A stretch of DNA of 54,243 nt from an uncultured virus (IMG/VR IMGVR_UViG_3300017732_000002) (lineage: Duplodnaviria > Heunggongvirae > Uroviricota > Caudoviricetes). Numbering within the stretch: the stretch's first letter is position 1; every line of letters begins with the position of its first letter. Made by a program: the position numbers and the translations under genes. This document shows, in pieces, positions 37,301-46,038 of this stretch. The stretch lies in IMG/VR virus record IMGVR_UViG_3300017732_000002, one strand, 5' to 3'. Under the pieces are notes generated by a model. The model saw only the letters and a program-made list of their open reading frames with translations, made no database searches and was not told the origin of the DNA.

Positions 37301-38026
37301 ATTATCAAATAATGTAGAGTCTGTTGAAGAACCAACTAAAGTTTCTGCAATCTCTAGTCCGACTCTATAACTTGGTGCACCTGAATATTTTTCAAGTGTT
37401 ATTTGTTGTTGATTAACCTTAGTAAAAAACCCTCTAGTAAAAATAATACCTTCTTGGATTTCTGCTAATGAAGAACGTCCAACTGGTGTATGAGTTGAGT
37501 CCTTAATTTTTAATTCGTTGTTGTTACTTGCAGAAGAAGCTGAACCGTTTGCATCTATTGTGACTTCTTTTAGTTCTTCTCCTGCTGAAAATCTAATAGA
37601 GTTATTTGTATCAGAACCTGACTTATACATTCTGACAATGTACGTGATAGGGTCAGTTGAAGTTTCTGCATATGAAGTTACTACCTGTGCAACTGCACCT
37701 GTAGTTTCACCTTGTAGATATTTGTTATCAAAAGTAGTTCTATAATTTTCTACACCAGTTGTTCCCAAACCATTAGGGTTGGTACTCTCAACTTTTACAT
37801 ACATAACGTCCATGTCCACGTTTGATTCAGCACCAGTAATGATACTTCCTTCTTTGAACATGTGGTCACCAAATCTTTCAATTTGGTTTTGTAGAATAGA
37901 TTGAGCTTGTGTTAACTCTCTTGCCTGTATCGGTCTACTAGGACGATAAAGTACCTTATGATACTTTTTATCTTCATCATAATCGTCATAATAAGGCGAT
38001 ACATTTAAGTCTACTTTCTCAGGCAT
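31364..38026 (-). CDS. large baseplate-associated structural protein, VrlC/DUF4815-like (2220 aa)
   Basis: LNVSPYYDDY...K.Y.KVLYRP..PIQARELTQ.QSILQNQIERFG; GADRLKI; RFKSGFVVDSF; DPLAQSF. Confidence 0.9.
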   Translation of the reverse strand: MPEKVDLNVSPYYDDYDEDKKYHKVLYRPSRPIQARELTQAQSILQNQIERFGDHMFKEGSIITGAESNVDMDVMYVKVESTNPNGLGTTGVENYRTTFDNKYLQGETTGAVAQVVTSYAETSTDPITYIVRMYKSGSDTNNSIRFSAGEELKEVTIDANGSASSASNNNELKIKDSTHTPVGRSSLAEIQEGIIFTRGFFTKVNQQQITLEKYSGAPSYRVGLEIAETLVGSSTDSTLFDNAQGSSNENAAGADRLKIELTLAKHLIDSTTDANFIELMRVNNGIMELSIQRPEYNAFANLLAQRTFDTSGDFIVNQFVPNLKEHLDDGTNGGVYSTINGGDESKFVVKTSAGKAYVKGYQVDKLVGSTIPIRKARSTASLTGASTPVRLGNFVKVINSHGLPEFGNESGTDAQKPYGIVKLFDAVTATPGTENTSGQIGFARIRNFDMATAGTSNSSEVWDNATRFNAYLFDIKMFTKLKYSAHSGTAVVGDKITGSVSGATAIVGYDDGSGALYVHDVVGTFTSADAISSTNGSFAMSAGQHTGENFRGTANEVRTYNIDRVRGISQAPNVTARETFTADIYTDQDFILTGQVSMSSTSVTGFATKFTAELKEGDIVIDGAGNERVISSITSDIAATLTGAVGTALTNANATRRRTRVFDQEQVASIFAWPRDYVKTHTPDQVQVRRSQNVTLSSGTITLTCGSGESFSTRTDDNYIFSVVEAQTSGSPTLVNGDMVDVVNNLSGAPFTDTISGNNLEFSGFPTADDGAILKVTFTVDINSPVNRDKSLKQARCLSVVNSRTTGGFYGTCYNDKEISLGVADVFKVRAIYEGNGATAPLPPSGTITETSSPAIPFQSFEVIKGNTSDARAVIVNYNGSTNKSYFYYTTLNKTFIEGEVLVGQTSKATGNLTNFDQGATNITDRYYFDDGQRDGFYDHGRLQLKPGNPTANNQILVLLDYFTSSGNGDFFDVNSYSGIDYETIPRYVPSKVDLGGLEPDGEFELADAVDFRPVLGQLLGTTTFGSATPNPESPINISNTTSGIVSSPFAYASKSFESAVTGISATGASAVDVPVPGSNVVGDISFYVGRIDKVFLHKDGEFQIAQGTPALTPMKPKGIDDAIELYELRIPPYTDDLKRVRLRSVDHRRFTMKDIGKISNRVANLERLTTLSLLERDTQTMQFKDADGFDRFKSGFVVDSFKGHNVGDVNHIDYNCSVDTKSGVLRPKNFQNFFDIEFDSVNSSEFQKTGDLITLPYTSTTYVNQSKASRAMNVNPYHVFAFIGNVSLTPASDIWQDQTQLPEVRINREGNFDALLAESADLGTVWNAWQTNWVGEPTTVSTEVLSTSSGSWSGDPAQGGEWVSGTEVSREITNTIETQSRTGIRTTVVEDFVEDRNDRVVSISVIPFIRAQTIEIDAVNLKPDSFHYVFFDQQDVNRFVRPFNATYSQDGGTGVTSGIKADGNGRVRAYFDLPNNGPDRFPTGQRDLKVTSSVYNESNPSSGGQAQFSAQGLLQTNQTEIISTRNGRTIVGATAGERQITRRGEQMNSRNVDTDAPPVPLPDPNFPATPPAEPDPPREDPPLPPPPIPNINLPLNIDFDFDFNVFEFGGWMDPLAQSFLVDKSGGMYLTEVDLFFKTKDESLPVSVEIRNMVNGYPGQIILPFSEVTKNPADVNLSQDGSVSTTFTFQSPVFLEQNQEYCFVVLSNSNKYEAFISRMGETDLVTGQTISGQPYAGSLFASQNASTWTAEQTDDLKFHLKYARFDISKRPIVKFNNKALEASPLQNNPIESYAGENYVRVYAYGHGMYDNSSNAVIAGVTGEKTGAIINIEAEGSIATTGTMGSTSTGVATTTDGSGTGCKLDITVSSGSITSIKIADPGFGYTTSNKLTVTNFGSATNTVEIDIDTVDQTIGGIPISCINGTYTAISGTDIDSYTVIPDLSSTDLKTGYVALESTQSGGGNATAQRNYYFDTIHTMIPSVQLKGTLLHTNIRTTAMKSPEGVGGTAYVKNNTAEFITLNDNHFLDQPSIVASPINETNEMASVKSFTCTLQMQSPRGNLSPMIDISSLGALGIMNRLNNIDSSSDVPTGITYVDSTEPDGDNNAFVYCTRKASLATPGTAVKVMLDGFRPSGTDLKVLYKVLENDNSTPFDDIGWRYFNTDGSPDIAVGNDARNFKEYNYTQEGLAEFSAFAIKIVGQSTNTSTVPLVSNLRAIALAT

Positions 38027-38051
38027 ATTTTTATCTCTTTTTAATTATCAA

Positions 38052-39530
38052 TTACATTTGAACAATAAGTTTGATATCTTCAATTTGGTCTGAAGCCCTA
38101 GATACCGCACCTCTGTTCTCTATGTAAATGATTTCACCCGAATGCGGTTGCACTTCGGGATAATCTGAATCAACTGCACTAACTGTTCCTATACTTGAAG
38201 ACCCTAGGAAAACTGTGTTCGTACCACTAGTAGCAAAGTTTACAACTTCACCTTTAACGTTTTCTTGAGGTAAGTGATAAACGAACTTATTACTTGTATC
38301 AATTGAGACTATAATACTTTTTGCGACACCAGTTGCGTCAGAAGCTGCACTCATAATAGTATCGTCTTTTGAAAGACCTGTTACTGAACTCAATGTCATT
38401 TTGTACATTGCGCTTAGAGTTGTATCTGTTGAAACTGTAGTTGTGTCATCTTGGAATGGGTCTTGAACTAGACCAATTCTTCGGAAATCGTTATCGACTG
38501 GGAAGTCACCGCTTCCTTCTGCGAATTCTAATCTTGAGTTTACGATAACATAGATACCACCTAGTTCTTCAACTGGGTTAGCACCATGTCCATAAACTGG
38601 TGATATGATTGGTTTTACTACTGCACTTGTTGAAGGTGTACCGATACCTGAAATATCGTCAATATTAATTGAAGCACGTCTGTAACCAGTTCCTTCGTCT
38701 GAACCTATGCTGTTTACAAATACTTCTGTTACAGCACCACCAGCTACTTTAACTGATACTGTTGCACCACTTCCGTCTCCAACTACTGCGACACTATTGT
38801 AAGTACCGTTAGTATATCCAGCACCACCGTTAGTAACTACTACGTGGTGAATTCCACCGTCTACAGCGGCTGTTTCTACGTCATATTGAGTTGAACCGTC
38901 ATCTGCACCAGCAGAACCGAATGCACCTAAGTCACCATTGACTTCTGTTTGTGCACCTAATGTTTTTACAGGGATAAAATCGTTTGTTACAAACTTAATA
39001 GTTTCTGAAGCAGAAACTGAATACATATACTTCCAAATATAACCACGTCCTGAGGCAGCTGAACTATCTGCGGTTGCGAATGGAGTTGTTGCAGTTCCTG
39101 TAGGTTTAACTGTAGATGCAACTACGTTACCTGAACTATCTCTTCCTGTCCTTAAACATTTGTATACATTGTAATCGTCTGTAATCACAAAATATCTTGA
39201 GTCAAACAAGTTGTTTGAACTAGAAGCAGGAGAAGTATTTGTTGCACTATAATCATGTGCATACTCGTCATACGTTGTTCCTGTTGTCCAATCCCTTCTT
39301 ACTAGAGCATGTGATACGTCCGAAGAAGTAATTTTCTTCATTGCAATCATATCGTTATATGCGTCTATCATTTCTCCAATAGAGTTTGAAGGTGTTGGGG
39401 TTGTGTCTGATGCGTCCCACTGTTGTGGTCGTCCTATAAAAAGGAATGTCGATGAAGCGGCTTCACCAAAATCTTCCTTAAACTGTCTCGCATTATGGAT
39501 ACGAAACTTTTCTGTTATTATTGCTGCCAT
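38052..39530 (-). CDS. gp8: baseplate wedge protein gp8
   Basis: AIIT.KFRI.NA..F, RRDWT.G..YD.Y, YNVYKCL, GYIWKYMY, SGEIIYIENR....R..DQIEDIK. Confidence 0.92.
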   Translation of the reverse strand: MAAIITEKFRIHNARQFKEDFGEAASSTFLFIGRPQQWDASDTTPTPSNSIGEMIDAYNDMIAMKKITSSDVSHALVRRDWTTGTTYDEYAHDYSATNTSPASSSNNLFDSRYFVITDDYNVYKCLRTGRDSSGNVVASTVKPTGTATTPFATADSSAASGRGYIWKYMYSVSASETIKFVTNDFIPVKTLGAQTEVNGDLGAFGSAGADDGSTQYDVETAAVDGGIHHVVVTNGGAGYTNGTYNSVAVVGDGSGATVSVKVAGGAVTEVFVNSIGSDEGTGYRRASINIDDISGIGTPSTSAVVKPIISPVYGHGANPVEELGGIYVIVNSRLEFAEGSGDFPVDNDFRRIGLVQDPFQDDTTTVSTDTTLSAMYKMTLSSVTGLSKDDTIMSAASDATGVAKSIIVSIDTSNKFVYHLPQENVKGEVVNFATSGTNTVFLGSSSIGTVSAVDSDYPEVQPHSGEIIYIENRGAVSRASDQIEDIKLIVQM

Positions 39531-39556
39531 TTGATTCTATCTCCTAAGATATAATG

Positions 39557-39576
39557 TATTTATACTTCTATTTATA
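39557..39576 (-). promoter_or_regulatory. tandem late promoters TATAAATA x2 (12-bp period) upstream of gp8
   Basis: tatttata at 39557-39564 and 39569-39576; adjacent inverted repeat 39571-39593. Confidence 0.8.
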
Positions 39577-39595
39577 ACAACTTATGTTATAAAAT

Positions 39596-42500
39596 CTAAT
39601 TTGTTCCTGATTTAACGTATGCTGAATAGGTTACGTTAGTCCTATCTCTAGCATGGTCGGAAAATTTTGGAATAAAGGTGTTGGGGAACAAAGTTTCCAT
39701 GTCTTGGATTCTAAGTCCTTCGGGTTTTGATACTTCACTCATGATAACACCTGTACCGTCTTCTAATAAGAAGTCGTCATTATCAGTTTCGTCCTTAATA
39801 TAGTATGCAATATCATATACTTGTTGACCACTGATTATATTTAGGTCATTGAACGAAGTTCCAAAAGATACAAATGATGAAGTTACAGCATTTTCACTGA
39901 CACCTTCGACAACTAGTCTATCGTCATTTTCCATACAGATAGAGAACCCGTCCTCTGTCTGCATATATCTTTCTATCAAATTCTCTCTGCTTCTTTCTGT
40001 TACAAAATAATCAACTTCTTCTATAGTTGTAGCAGATTCTAGACGCACATTACTTCCGTCTTCCATTATCATTACGTCACCAAAGATACCTTTTACTTCT
40101 GCGTCTCTTCGAGGTTCCATTCTTAATGTACACGCAACTTCTTCTACTTCTATTCTATCACCATTTTCCATAACAATAACTTCTTCGTGGTGCGGATTAA
40201 CTGGAAGTGGTTTACCATTACGTGTAGGTCTTCTTTCTGGCCCACCGTTTACATTTGTTTGTAAAACAAAATATGGGTCAAAGGTTCCGTCACCACTTTC
40301 TAAGGATATGGTTGTTGGTATTCCGTTCAATGGATACATACCAACTTGAGTTACCTCTGCATTCTTAGAAACAATTTTAAGAATGTTTATATGTCTTTGT
40401 CTATGTGAAGAATCACCGTGTTCTGTTCTTGGTTCAGTAATTGACCCACCTGTTCTTGGGTCTGTACTTGGGGCTGGTATTGATTCATTAACCAATGCAA
40501 TCATTGGTGCATATGCTAAGTCATGTTCTTCTGTAGATAATGAGTATATTTCAACTTCTTGTCTCTGTGCAGTTCTAGTTGCTAATTGAGCACTTGCATT
40601 TGCAGTATCGTCACCACCAGCATTGATAACAATAGTTGGTCTAAATCTTACATGGTCTGCGTCAGCAACATTCATAGAAACATTATTTGTTACCGCAACC
40701 TCACCAAAGAATATGTGACCTGCAGGGTGAACTAAATCTTTTACTATTGAACGGAACTTATTAATACTCTCACCGATTCTTACAACATAAGAATGTGATT
40801 GATAGAATTTACTATCAGTAATTGACATACCTGAAGCTGATAGAGCACCAGTATCACCTGTTGTTCCTTTGTTTATAAATCCTTCACCTGACTTCGTTCC
40901 TCTACCAGTGAATGGATTAAATGCATGAATTTTAAATGTTCCGCCGTTAGGGAATGTGACTGATTCATTTTCTAAGAACATGTTAGTCATGTCTTGAACT
41001 TTAAGTAATTGTGTATTGGAGTTAAAGTCTAATACTCTCGCAGTTGAACCTGATACTGAACCTGTAATAATTGTATCTTTTGTTAGAGCAACACTTGGTG
41101 CGGATATCAATAAAGGATATGTTGAACTTTGAGATACATGTGCGTCTGAGGTATATCTATTACCTTGTGCTTTGATATTAATTGTTCCAACTCTACCAAT
41201 ACTTTTTGAAAATGCAAATAGTTTCGCACCACTTCCCGAAGAAACATTTTGTTGTAAGATTGTAGAAGTCGCACCACTTCCACCACCAGTTAAAGTTTCT
41301 CCTACTACAAATGAACCAGTATCTGTTGCCCTACGATATACTTCTAGTCTATTCTTTTCGTTATTAACTAGTCCGATTACTGCTGTCGCCCCGCCAGCGC
41401 CCGTGACAACTTCACCCTGTGTAAATGTTGACACACTCGCAGGATAAATGTATCCGCCTGGGCCACATAGAGGTAATGTACTGTAACCACGTCCACCATT
41501 TATTAGAGTTACTTTTCTTATGTTTGAATTTGTTGTTTCTAGATTTAAAGGTGAACCGTCTTCTAAAGTAATTCTCATATACTCTGTGTATATTTCTACT
41601 TGGTCACCAGCACTCAATCCTGAATTGAATGTTAGTATACTTCCCTGTGTACTAAAACCTGTTGTTTGTTCTACGTCATTTACAAATACGTGTCTGTTGT
41701 GGTCTTCATAAATTACTTGTTGTCCGTAATTATCGTAACCACTGAAAACTGTTTGTCCTGCTGTTGCAGTAAACTGATAGTATCCAAATCTTGTTCCTGC
41801 CTCTTGGAATAGTTCGTCACCAGCAGAACCAATCATACCAAATGCACCACTACCGTTAGTACCAGTATTATCAAAGATAACTAAATCACCACCTTCGTAT
41901 CCTGAACCGTCTGCTTCAATATATACTTCTTCTACAGAACCTGTTTGTATACCTTCTACTACAGAAGTTGAAAGACCTACTTGACCTAACTGGTTTTTTG
42001 AACCTTGGAAATTAATATCGTCATTTATTGCATACAAAGAACCTATCGAAGCAAAACTTGATTCTAATATCAAACCACCACCGTCTTCTAGAAGAATGTC
42101 TCCGTCATCACCGTGGTCAATGTATATTGAAGAATCGTTATCATTGAATGTTGAAATGATACCTGATACTGTTCCTGCTCTTTTTACTTTAGTATCTCTA
42201 TCTAAAAGTTCTATAGTAGAACCTTCTCTAAATTCTTTACTTGCTATGTTTGTTATATCAAGTGAAAATAATGTTTCAGAACCAACCACTGGATATACAA
42301 TGTTAACGATACCCTGTGCGTAAACAACTCCACCTTCATATTCAGTTATGGTATCTGTTGCTTGTGGTCTATCTTTTTCTATGGGGATATTAACAACCAT
42401 TCTTCTTTCTGAAACATAAGAAGATTCACTTGACTTGATTGTATTATCGAATGGATATGATACCTCTGCTTCCTGCCCGTATAGAAGTCTTAAAAGGAAC

Positions 42501-43153
42501 TTTAATGAATCAGGGGAACCTTTCTTTTGATAAAGGTCTCTGATATGTTTTATTGTACTTCTCTTGTTTGAGTTTAAACTCGCATCAAGAGAGGGCATGA
42601 AATCTTTTTGGAAAAATTCTAAGAAGTTTTCTGTTGTTTTATCTACGTCTGAGTATTCTAAGATTTTATTATTTGCACGAATACTAGATTCTTTATATGT
42701 GGAAACAACACCAGTTTGTCCACCTGTTCTACCAGTTACATTTTCAAGAGGTTTGAAACCAAAACCTGAAATAGTCTTAACGAATAATTGGTCTCCGTTA
42801 ACGACATTAATCTTTGCGACTGTTTTAGATTTATCACCAACAAGATACTCACCTACAGTAAATGGGTCAGCACTTGCAGTTGGATTAGTAACTGTTTGCT
42901 CTAATAATATTTTATTGTCTACAGTTGTAGAAGGAGAGATGGTTGCAGTTTCATAAAGTATGTCACCACTTCCATCTTCCAATCCTACGTTGTCAATAGT
43001 TGATTGACTTTTGAGAACTACTGTCTCATGTTCTAGGAACTCAAAGTACGCTTTCAGGAAGGCGACAAATTCTGGCGACTCTGCCTGAACAAAGTCGGGT
43101 ACTAGACTATTAAGTCTAGGTAGTAATTTGTCAACCCCCTGAATTCCACTCAT
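39596..43153 (-). CDS. gp7: baseplate wedge initiator, gp7-like
   Basis: P.FV..E.P.FV.FLKAYFEFLE, IK.I.DLY..KG...S..FL.RLLYG, DSKFYQ.HSYV, LVHPAG..FFGE; start moved to MSGIQ (43153) to remove overlap. Confidence 0.75.
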   Translation of the reverse strand: MSGIQGVDKLLPRLNSLVPDFVQAESPEFVAFLKAYFEFLEHETVVLKSQSTIDNVGLEDGSGDILYETATISPSTTVDNKILLEQTVTNPTASADPFTVGEYLVGDKSKTVAKINVVNGDQLFVKTISGFGFKPLENVTGRTGGQTGVVSTYKESSIRANNKILEYSDVDKTTENFLEFFQKDFMPSLDASLNSNKRSTIKHIRDLYQKKGSPDSLKFLLRLLYGQEAEVSYPFDNTIKSSESSYVSERRMVVNIPIEKDRPQATDTITEYEGGVVYAQGIVNIVYPVVGSETLFSLDITNIASKEFREGSTIELLDRDTKVKRAGTVSGIISTFNDNDSSIYIDHGDDGDILLEDGGGLILESSFASIGSLYAINDDINFQGSKNQLGQVGLSTSVVEGIQTGSVEEVYIEADGSGYEGGDLVIFDNTGTNGSGAFGMIGSAGDELFQEAGTRFGYYQFTATAGQTVFSGYDNYGQQVIYEDHNRHVFVNDVEQTTGFSTQGSILTFNSGLSAGDQVEIYTEYMRITLEDGSPLNLETTNSNIRKVTLINGGRGYSTLPLCGPGGYIYPASVSTFTQGEVVTGAGGATAVIGLVNNEKNRLEVYRRATDTGSFVVGETLTGGGSGATSTILQQNVSSGSGAKLFAFSKSIGRVGTINIKAQGNRYTSDAHVSQSSTYPLLISAPSVALTKDTIITGSVSGSTARVLDFNSNTQLLKVQDMTNMFLENESVTFPNGGTFKIHAFNPFTGRGTKSGEGFINKGTTGDTGALSASGMSITDSKFYQSHSYVVRIGESINKFRSIVKDLVHPAGHIFFGEVAVTNNVSMNVADADHVRFRPTIVINAGGDDTANASAQLATRTAQRQEVEIYSLSTEEHDLAYAPMIALVNESIPAPSTDPRTGGSITEPRTEHGDSSHRQRHINILKIVSKNAEVTQVGMYPLNGIPTTISLESGDGTFDPYFVLQTNVNGGPERRPTRNGKPLPVNPHHEEVIVMENGDRIEVEEVACTLRMEPRRDAEVKGIFGDVMIMEDGSNVRLESATTIEEVDYFVTERSRENLIERYMQTEDGFSICMENDDRLVVEGVSENAVTSSFVSFGTSFNDLNIISGQQVYDIAYYIKDETDNDDFLLEDGTGVIMSEVSKPEGLRIQDMETLFPNTFIPKFSDHARDRTNVTYSAYVKSGTN

Positions 43154-43154
43154 A

Positions 43155-43634
43155 TTATGATAGTGTAACTGTACTATTAAAGTTTGATAGAACAAACCAG
43201 TTAGAACCGTCCCAAACACAGATAACCGCATCACCCTGAGTATCCTGAGAGATTTGGTTACTTGAACTTGTTCCACTTCCGAAACTGGTTACAGTAATGT
43301 TAGCCGCATGGGAAGATGCAGGTTCAGTTTTTTGATAAATCAATTTTAACTGACCAACGTCTGTTCCGTTGTCTAACGTAAATGCAACGTTACCTGAAGC
43401 ACCTGATAAATCAATCGCAGTTGCGAATGAAGAAGCAAGGTTACTTGCAGTTGCCGTTACTGTTGTAATATCGTCAACTGCTAAGTGAGTTGGGATATTT
43501 TCAAAAAGTTGAGCAATTGTCATCTTTTTGTTTACAGGCGTTCCGCCTGGGTTATCAACGATGTGAAGTAAATCATCACCACCGATGTCTGCGTCTGCTA
43601 CTGCAGTTAACGCTGATATTTTCTTATCTGCCAT
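43155..43634 (-). CDS. small structural protein (MADKKISAL type)
   Basis: MADKKISALT, DLLHIVD.P.GTP.NKK, L..GT.GQ.K, WDGSNW; strong AGGAG SD. Confidence 0.75.
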   Translation of the reverse strand: MADKKISALTAVADADIGGDDLLHIVDNPGGTPVNKKMTIAQLFENIPTHLAVDDITTVTATASNLASSFATAIDLSGASGNVAFTLDNGTDVGQLKLIYQKTEPASSHAANITVTSFGSGTSSSNQISQDTQGDAVICVWDGSNWFVLSNFNSTVTLS

Positions 43635-43706
43635 TTGAATTTTCTCCTATTTTAATCCAATTTAATGGTAAACTACTCAGGGGACTCCTGACCACTTTAT
43701 CCATGG

Positions 43707-45581
43707 TTAATAAGTCGAGGTTGACGTTGGAGTAAATCCTACACCAGCACTCGATTCACCGCTTGCAACGGTATCCAATTCACTTGAGACCTTGATATCA
43801 GCAGAAGAGATATCGATTAACGAACCTCTCTTTGCAATAACATCATTTGAGTTAGGTATTAAAGTGAAGTCAATCGTATTGTCTGAATTAACTGTTGAAG
43901 TTATGTTCAGAGCATTGATTGTTATTTTACCAGTGCCATATGCGATAGTACCCGCTTGGTTATCTTGATAGACTCTTACAGAACCTGATAGATAGTACCT
44001 ACGGATATTACCTTCACCGTCATCGTCAAAAAACATGACGTTGGTTGCATCGCCACTAATGTAAAATCCTGTTGACGTTGTAATACCACCAGCGTGTTTA
44101 TTATGTCCACTGTGTGGGTTATACAACGGGTTACCAAAGTCTACTGTTATTCCAGCAGTTTGACCTAGTAACAAAATCTTTTTCTTAAGCATTAGTCTTA
44201 CGTTAGTTACATTTGATAGAATAGAACTATCCACTTCGTCTATGTTTCTTAGAAGATTTGAATGTCTGAATATACTATCAAAGTTATTAAGATTATCTGT
44301 ATCATATTTAACGATAGCGTTCTTAACTAAAGTTTCTAACTCACCACTTGTTAAATCTGTTAATTTTTCATTGAATTGAAATGTAGTATTAAGTAAAATC
44401 TTAATAATTTCAGCGTCTACTATTTCAGGTCTAACTGTTATAACATTTAGTTTGTTTAGATTTGCTTTGACCTGTGTCTTTTCTACGTCTGATAAGTAAT
44501 CACTATTCAATGGTTTGATTGCAACAAAAACTTTACCATATACAGGTGGGTCATTATCTTCTCCGCCCCATACTGCTACTGCATCTGCATTTGGATAATA
44601 CTCTGAGACTTTTGCTTTGTAGTCATTCAATGTTACTAATCTGTTTTGTGAAGAATAGAACTTTGTTGCCTTAAACTTGATTGATTCTACAGATTCTTTT
44701 TCTGAACCACCCTGTGCTATATTTGTAGTTACAACTGTTGAATCTGAGAAACCATTGATTGCGTCAGTAAGACTAAATGTATTTGCGCCATTAGCATGAA
44801 TAACGTCTACAATCGTATATTGTATTGTAATAATATCTCCGTCATTCAATTCTGCACCGATACTACCGTCACCAAAATATACTTCGGTAAATCCGTCTTC
44901 GTTTTCTTGAGTAAAGTATACTTTACTTGTAGAAAGAATATTTGATATATCACTTGCAAGAGCATATGCGGTACTTGTACCACCTGAGTTTACAGATACA
45001 GTCATTGCAGTTCTATCTATTCTTGATTGACTTAGTACAAACTTAGGATTTGCAATTTGTCTATCATAAACAAAAACGTCACTTGCATTTGTTCCTTGTT
45101 TTATATTGATTCCTGTATAAGAAAAACTTTTTCCATTTGGTTGAGGTGTTACACCTGCACTTACAACAAAGTTGTATGCTTTACCGTCATACTGAGTTGA
45201 GAATCTTGTACCTGCTTCGATAGTCATATCGTTTGCACTTGGGAATGTACCGTCTGCATTTCTTACGTTATTCATAGTTAGGTCAACGATTGCTGTAGAG
45301 GCAGATTCTGAAGCAGGGACGAAACCTAAATCTTTCGCACGTGATACAACGTTCTTTCTCATTTGTGCGGAATCTAAGAATAGTTCTGAAGCAGCTATGT
45401 TTGTGTTTACTGCTCCGATATGTGATGAATACGCAAGTAAGTCTATTAACATTGAAAGTGTTGAACCTTCAAAGTCATAATCTTTTAGACTATCTTGTCC
45501 TTTTAAATAACTTTTCAGATTTTGACTTATATCGTCAAAGTCTAAATCAGTTACATTTAGTGATGAACTTTTAACTGCCAT
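43707..45581 (-). CDS. gp6: baseplate wedge protein gp6
   Basis: LDFD.I..NLK.YL, DYDFEGS.LS.LIDLLAY, ELFLDSA..R.NVVS.AK.LG, QNRLVT..DY, WGGEDNDPP.YGKVF. Confidence 0.96.
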   Translation of the reverse strand: MAVKSSSLNVTDLDFDDISQNLKSYLKGQDSLKDYDFEGSTLSMLIDLLAYSSHIGAVNTNIAASELFLDSAQMRKNVVSRAKDLGFVPASESASTAIVDLTMNNVRNADGTFPSANDMTIEAGTRFSTQYDGKAYNFVVSAGVTPQPNGKSFSYTGINIKQGTNASDVFVYDRQIANPKFVLSQSRIDRTAMTVSVNSGGTSTAYALASDISNILSTSKVYFTQENEDGFTEVYFGDGSIGAELNDGDIITIQYTIVDVIHANGANTFSLTDAINGFSDSTVVTTNIAQGGSEKESVESIKFKATKFYSSQNRLVTLNDYKAKVSEYYPNADAVAVWGGEDNDPPVYGKVFVAIKPLNSDYLSDVEKTQVKANLNKLNVITVRPEIVDAEIIKILLNTTFQFNEKLTDLTSGELETLVKNAIVKYDTDNLNNFDSIFRHSNLLRNIDEVDSSILSNVTNVRLMLKKKILLLGQTAGITVDFGNPLYNPHSGHNKHAGGITTSTGFYISGDATNVMFFDDDGEGNIRRYYLSGSVRVYQDNQAGTIAYGTGKITINALNITSTVNSDNTIDFTLIPNSNDVIAKRGSLIDISSADIKVSSELDTVASGESSAGVGFTPTSTSTY

Positions 45582-45591
45582 TTAGTGTCCT

Positions 45592-46011
45592 CTATCTCGC
45601 CCTGCTAACAGTGAAATCTAGTTCCTGTCCTTGGGAGTTGTTCTTTATGTTGTAGAAAATAGTAACGTCCAATTCATTTCTATCTGATACTTCGCCGAAT
45701 TGAACCTTTACATTCTCAACTCTTGGTTCAAAGTCTTCGATAATCTTTTGAACTCTGACTGCAAGTCTTCTTACTTTCCTATCCGTGGTCATTTCAAAAA
45801 GTTGATTCCTCAAAGAAGACCCCAAACTTGGTTTGAAGGGTCTCTCATAAAAATTAGTTAGAACTATATTTCTAACTGCACGTTTAATAGCGTCTGTATC
45901 ATATTTAATGGTAACGTCACCCGTAATCGGGTGTGGTCTAAACCTAAAATCTATATCTGCGTATAGTTTTGTTTCCGCAACGTTTTGTCCCTGTGATTTT
46001 AAGTCTGCCAT
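45592..46011 (-). CDS. gp25: baseplate wedge subunit gp25
   Basis: AIKRAVRNIVLT..YERPF.P.LGS.L...LFE, FEPRV; TATAAATA at 46017-46024. Confidence 0.95.
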   Translation of the reverse strand: MADLKSQGQNVAETKLYADIDFRFRPHPITGDVTIKYDTDAIKRAVRNIVLTNFYERPFKPSLGSSLRNQLFEMTTDRKVRRLAVRVQKIIEDFEPRVENVKVQFGEVSDRNELDVTIFYNIKNNSQGQELDFTVSRAR

Positions 46012-46038
46012 ACTTCTATTTATACAACCTCTCTAAAT

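Noticed and set aside
43154..43276. N-terminal extensions given by the ORF track for gp7-like (also 15989-16027, 50918-50935, 53598-53630)
   Set aside because: They overlap upstream genes or promoters; downstream ATGs fit gene packing and, where present, SD sequences better.
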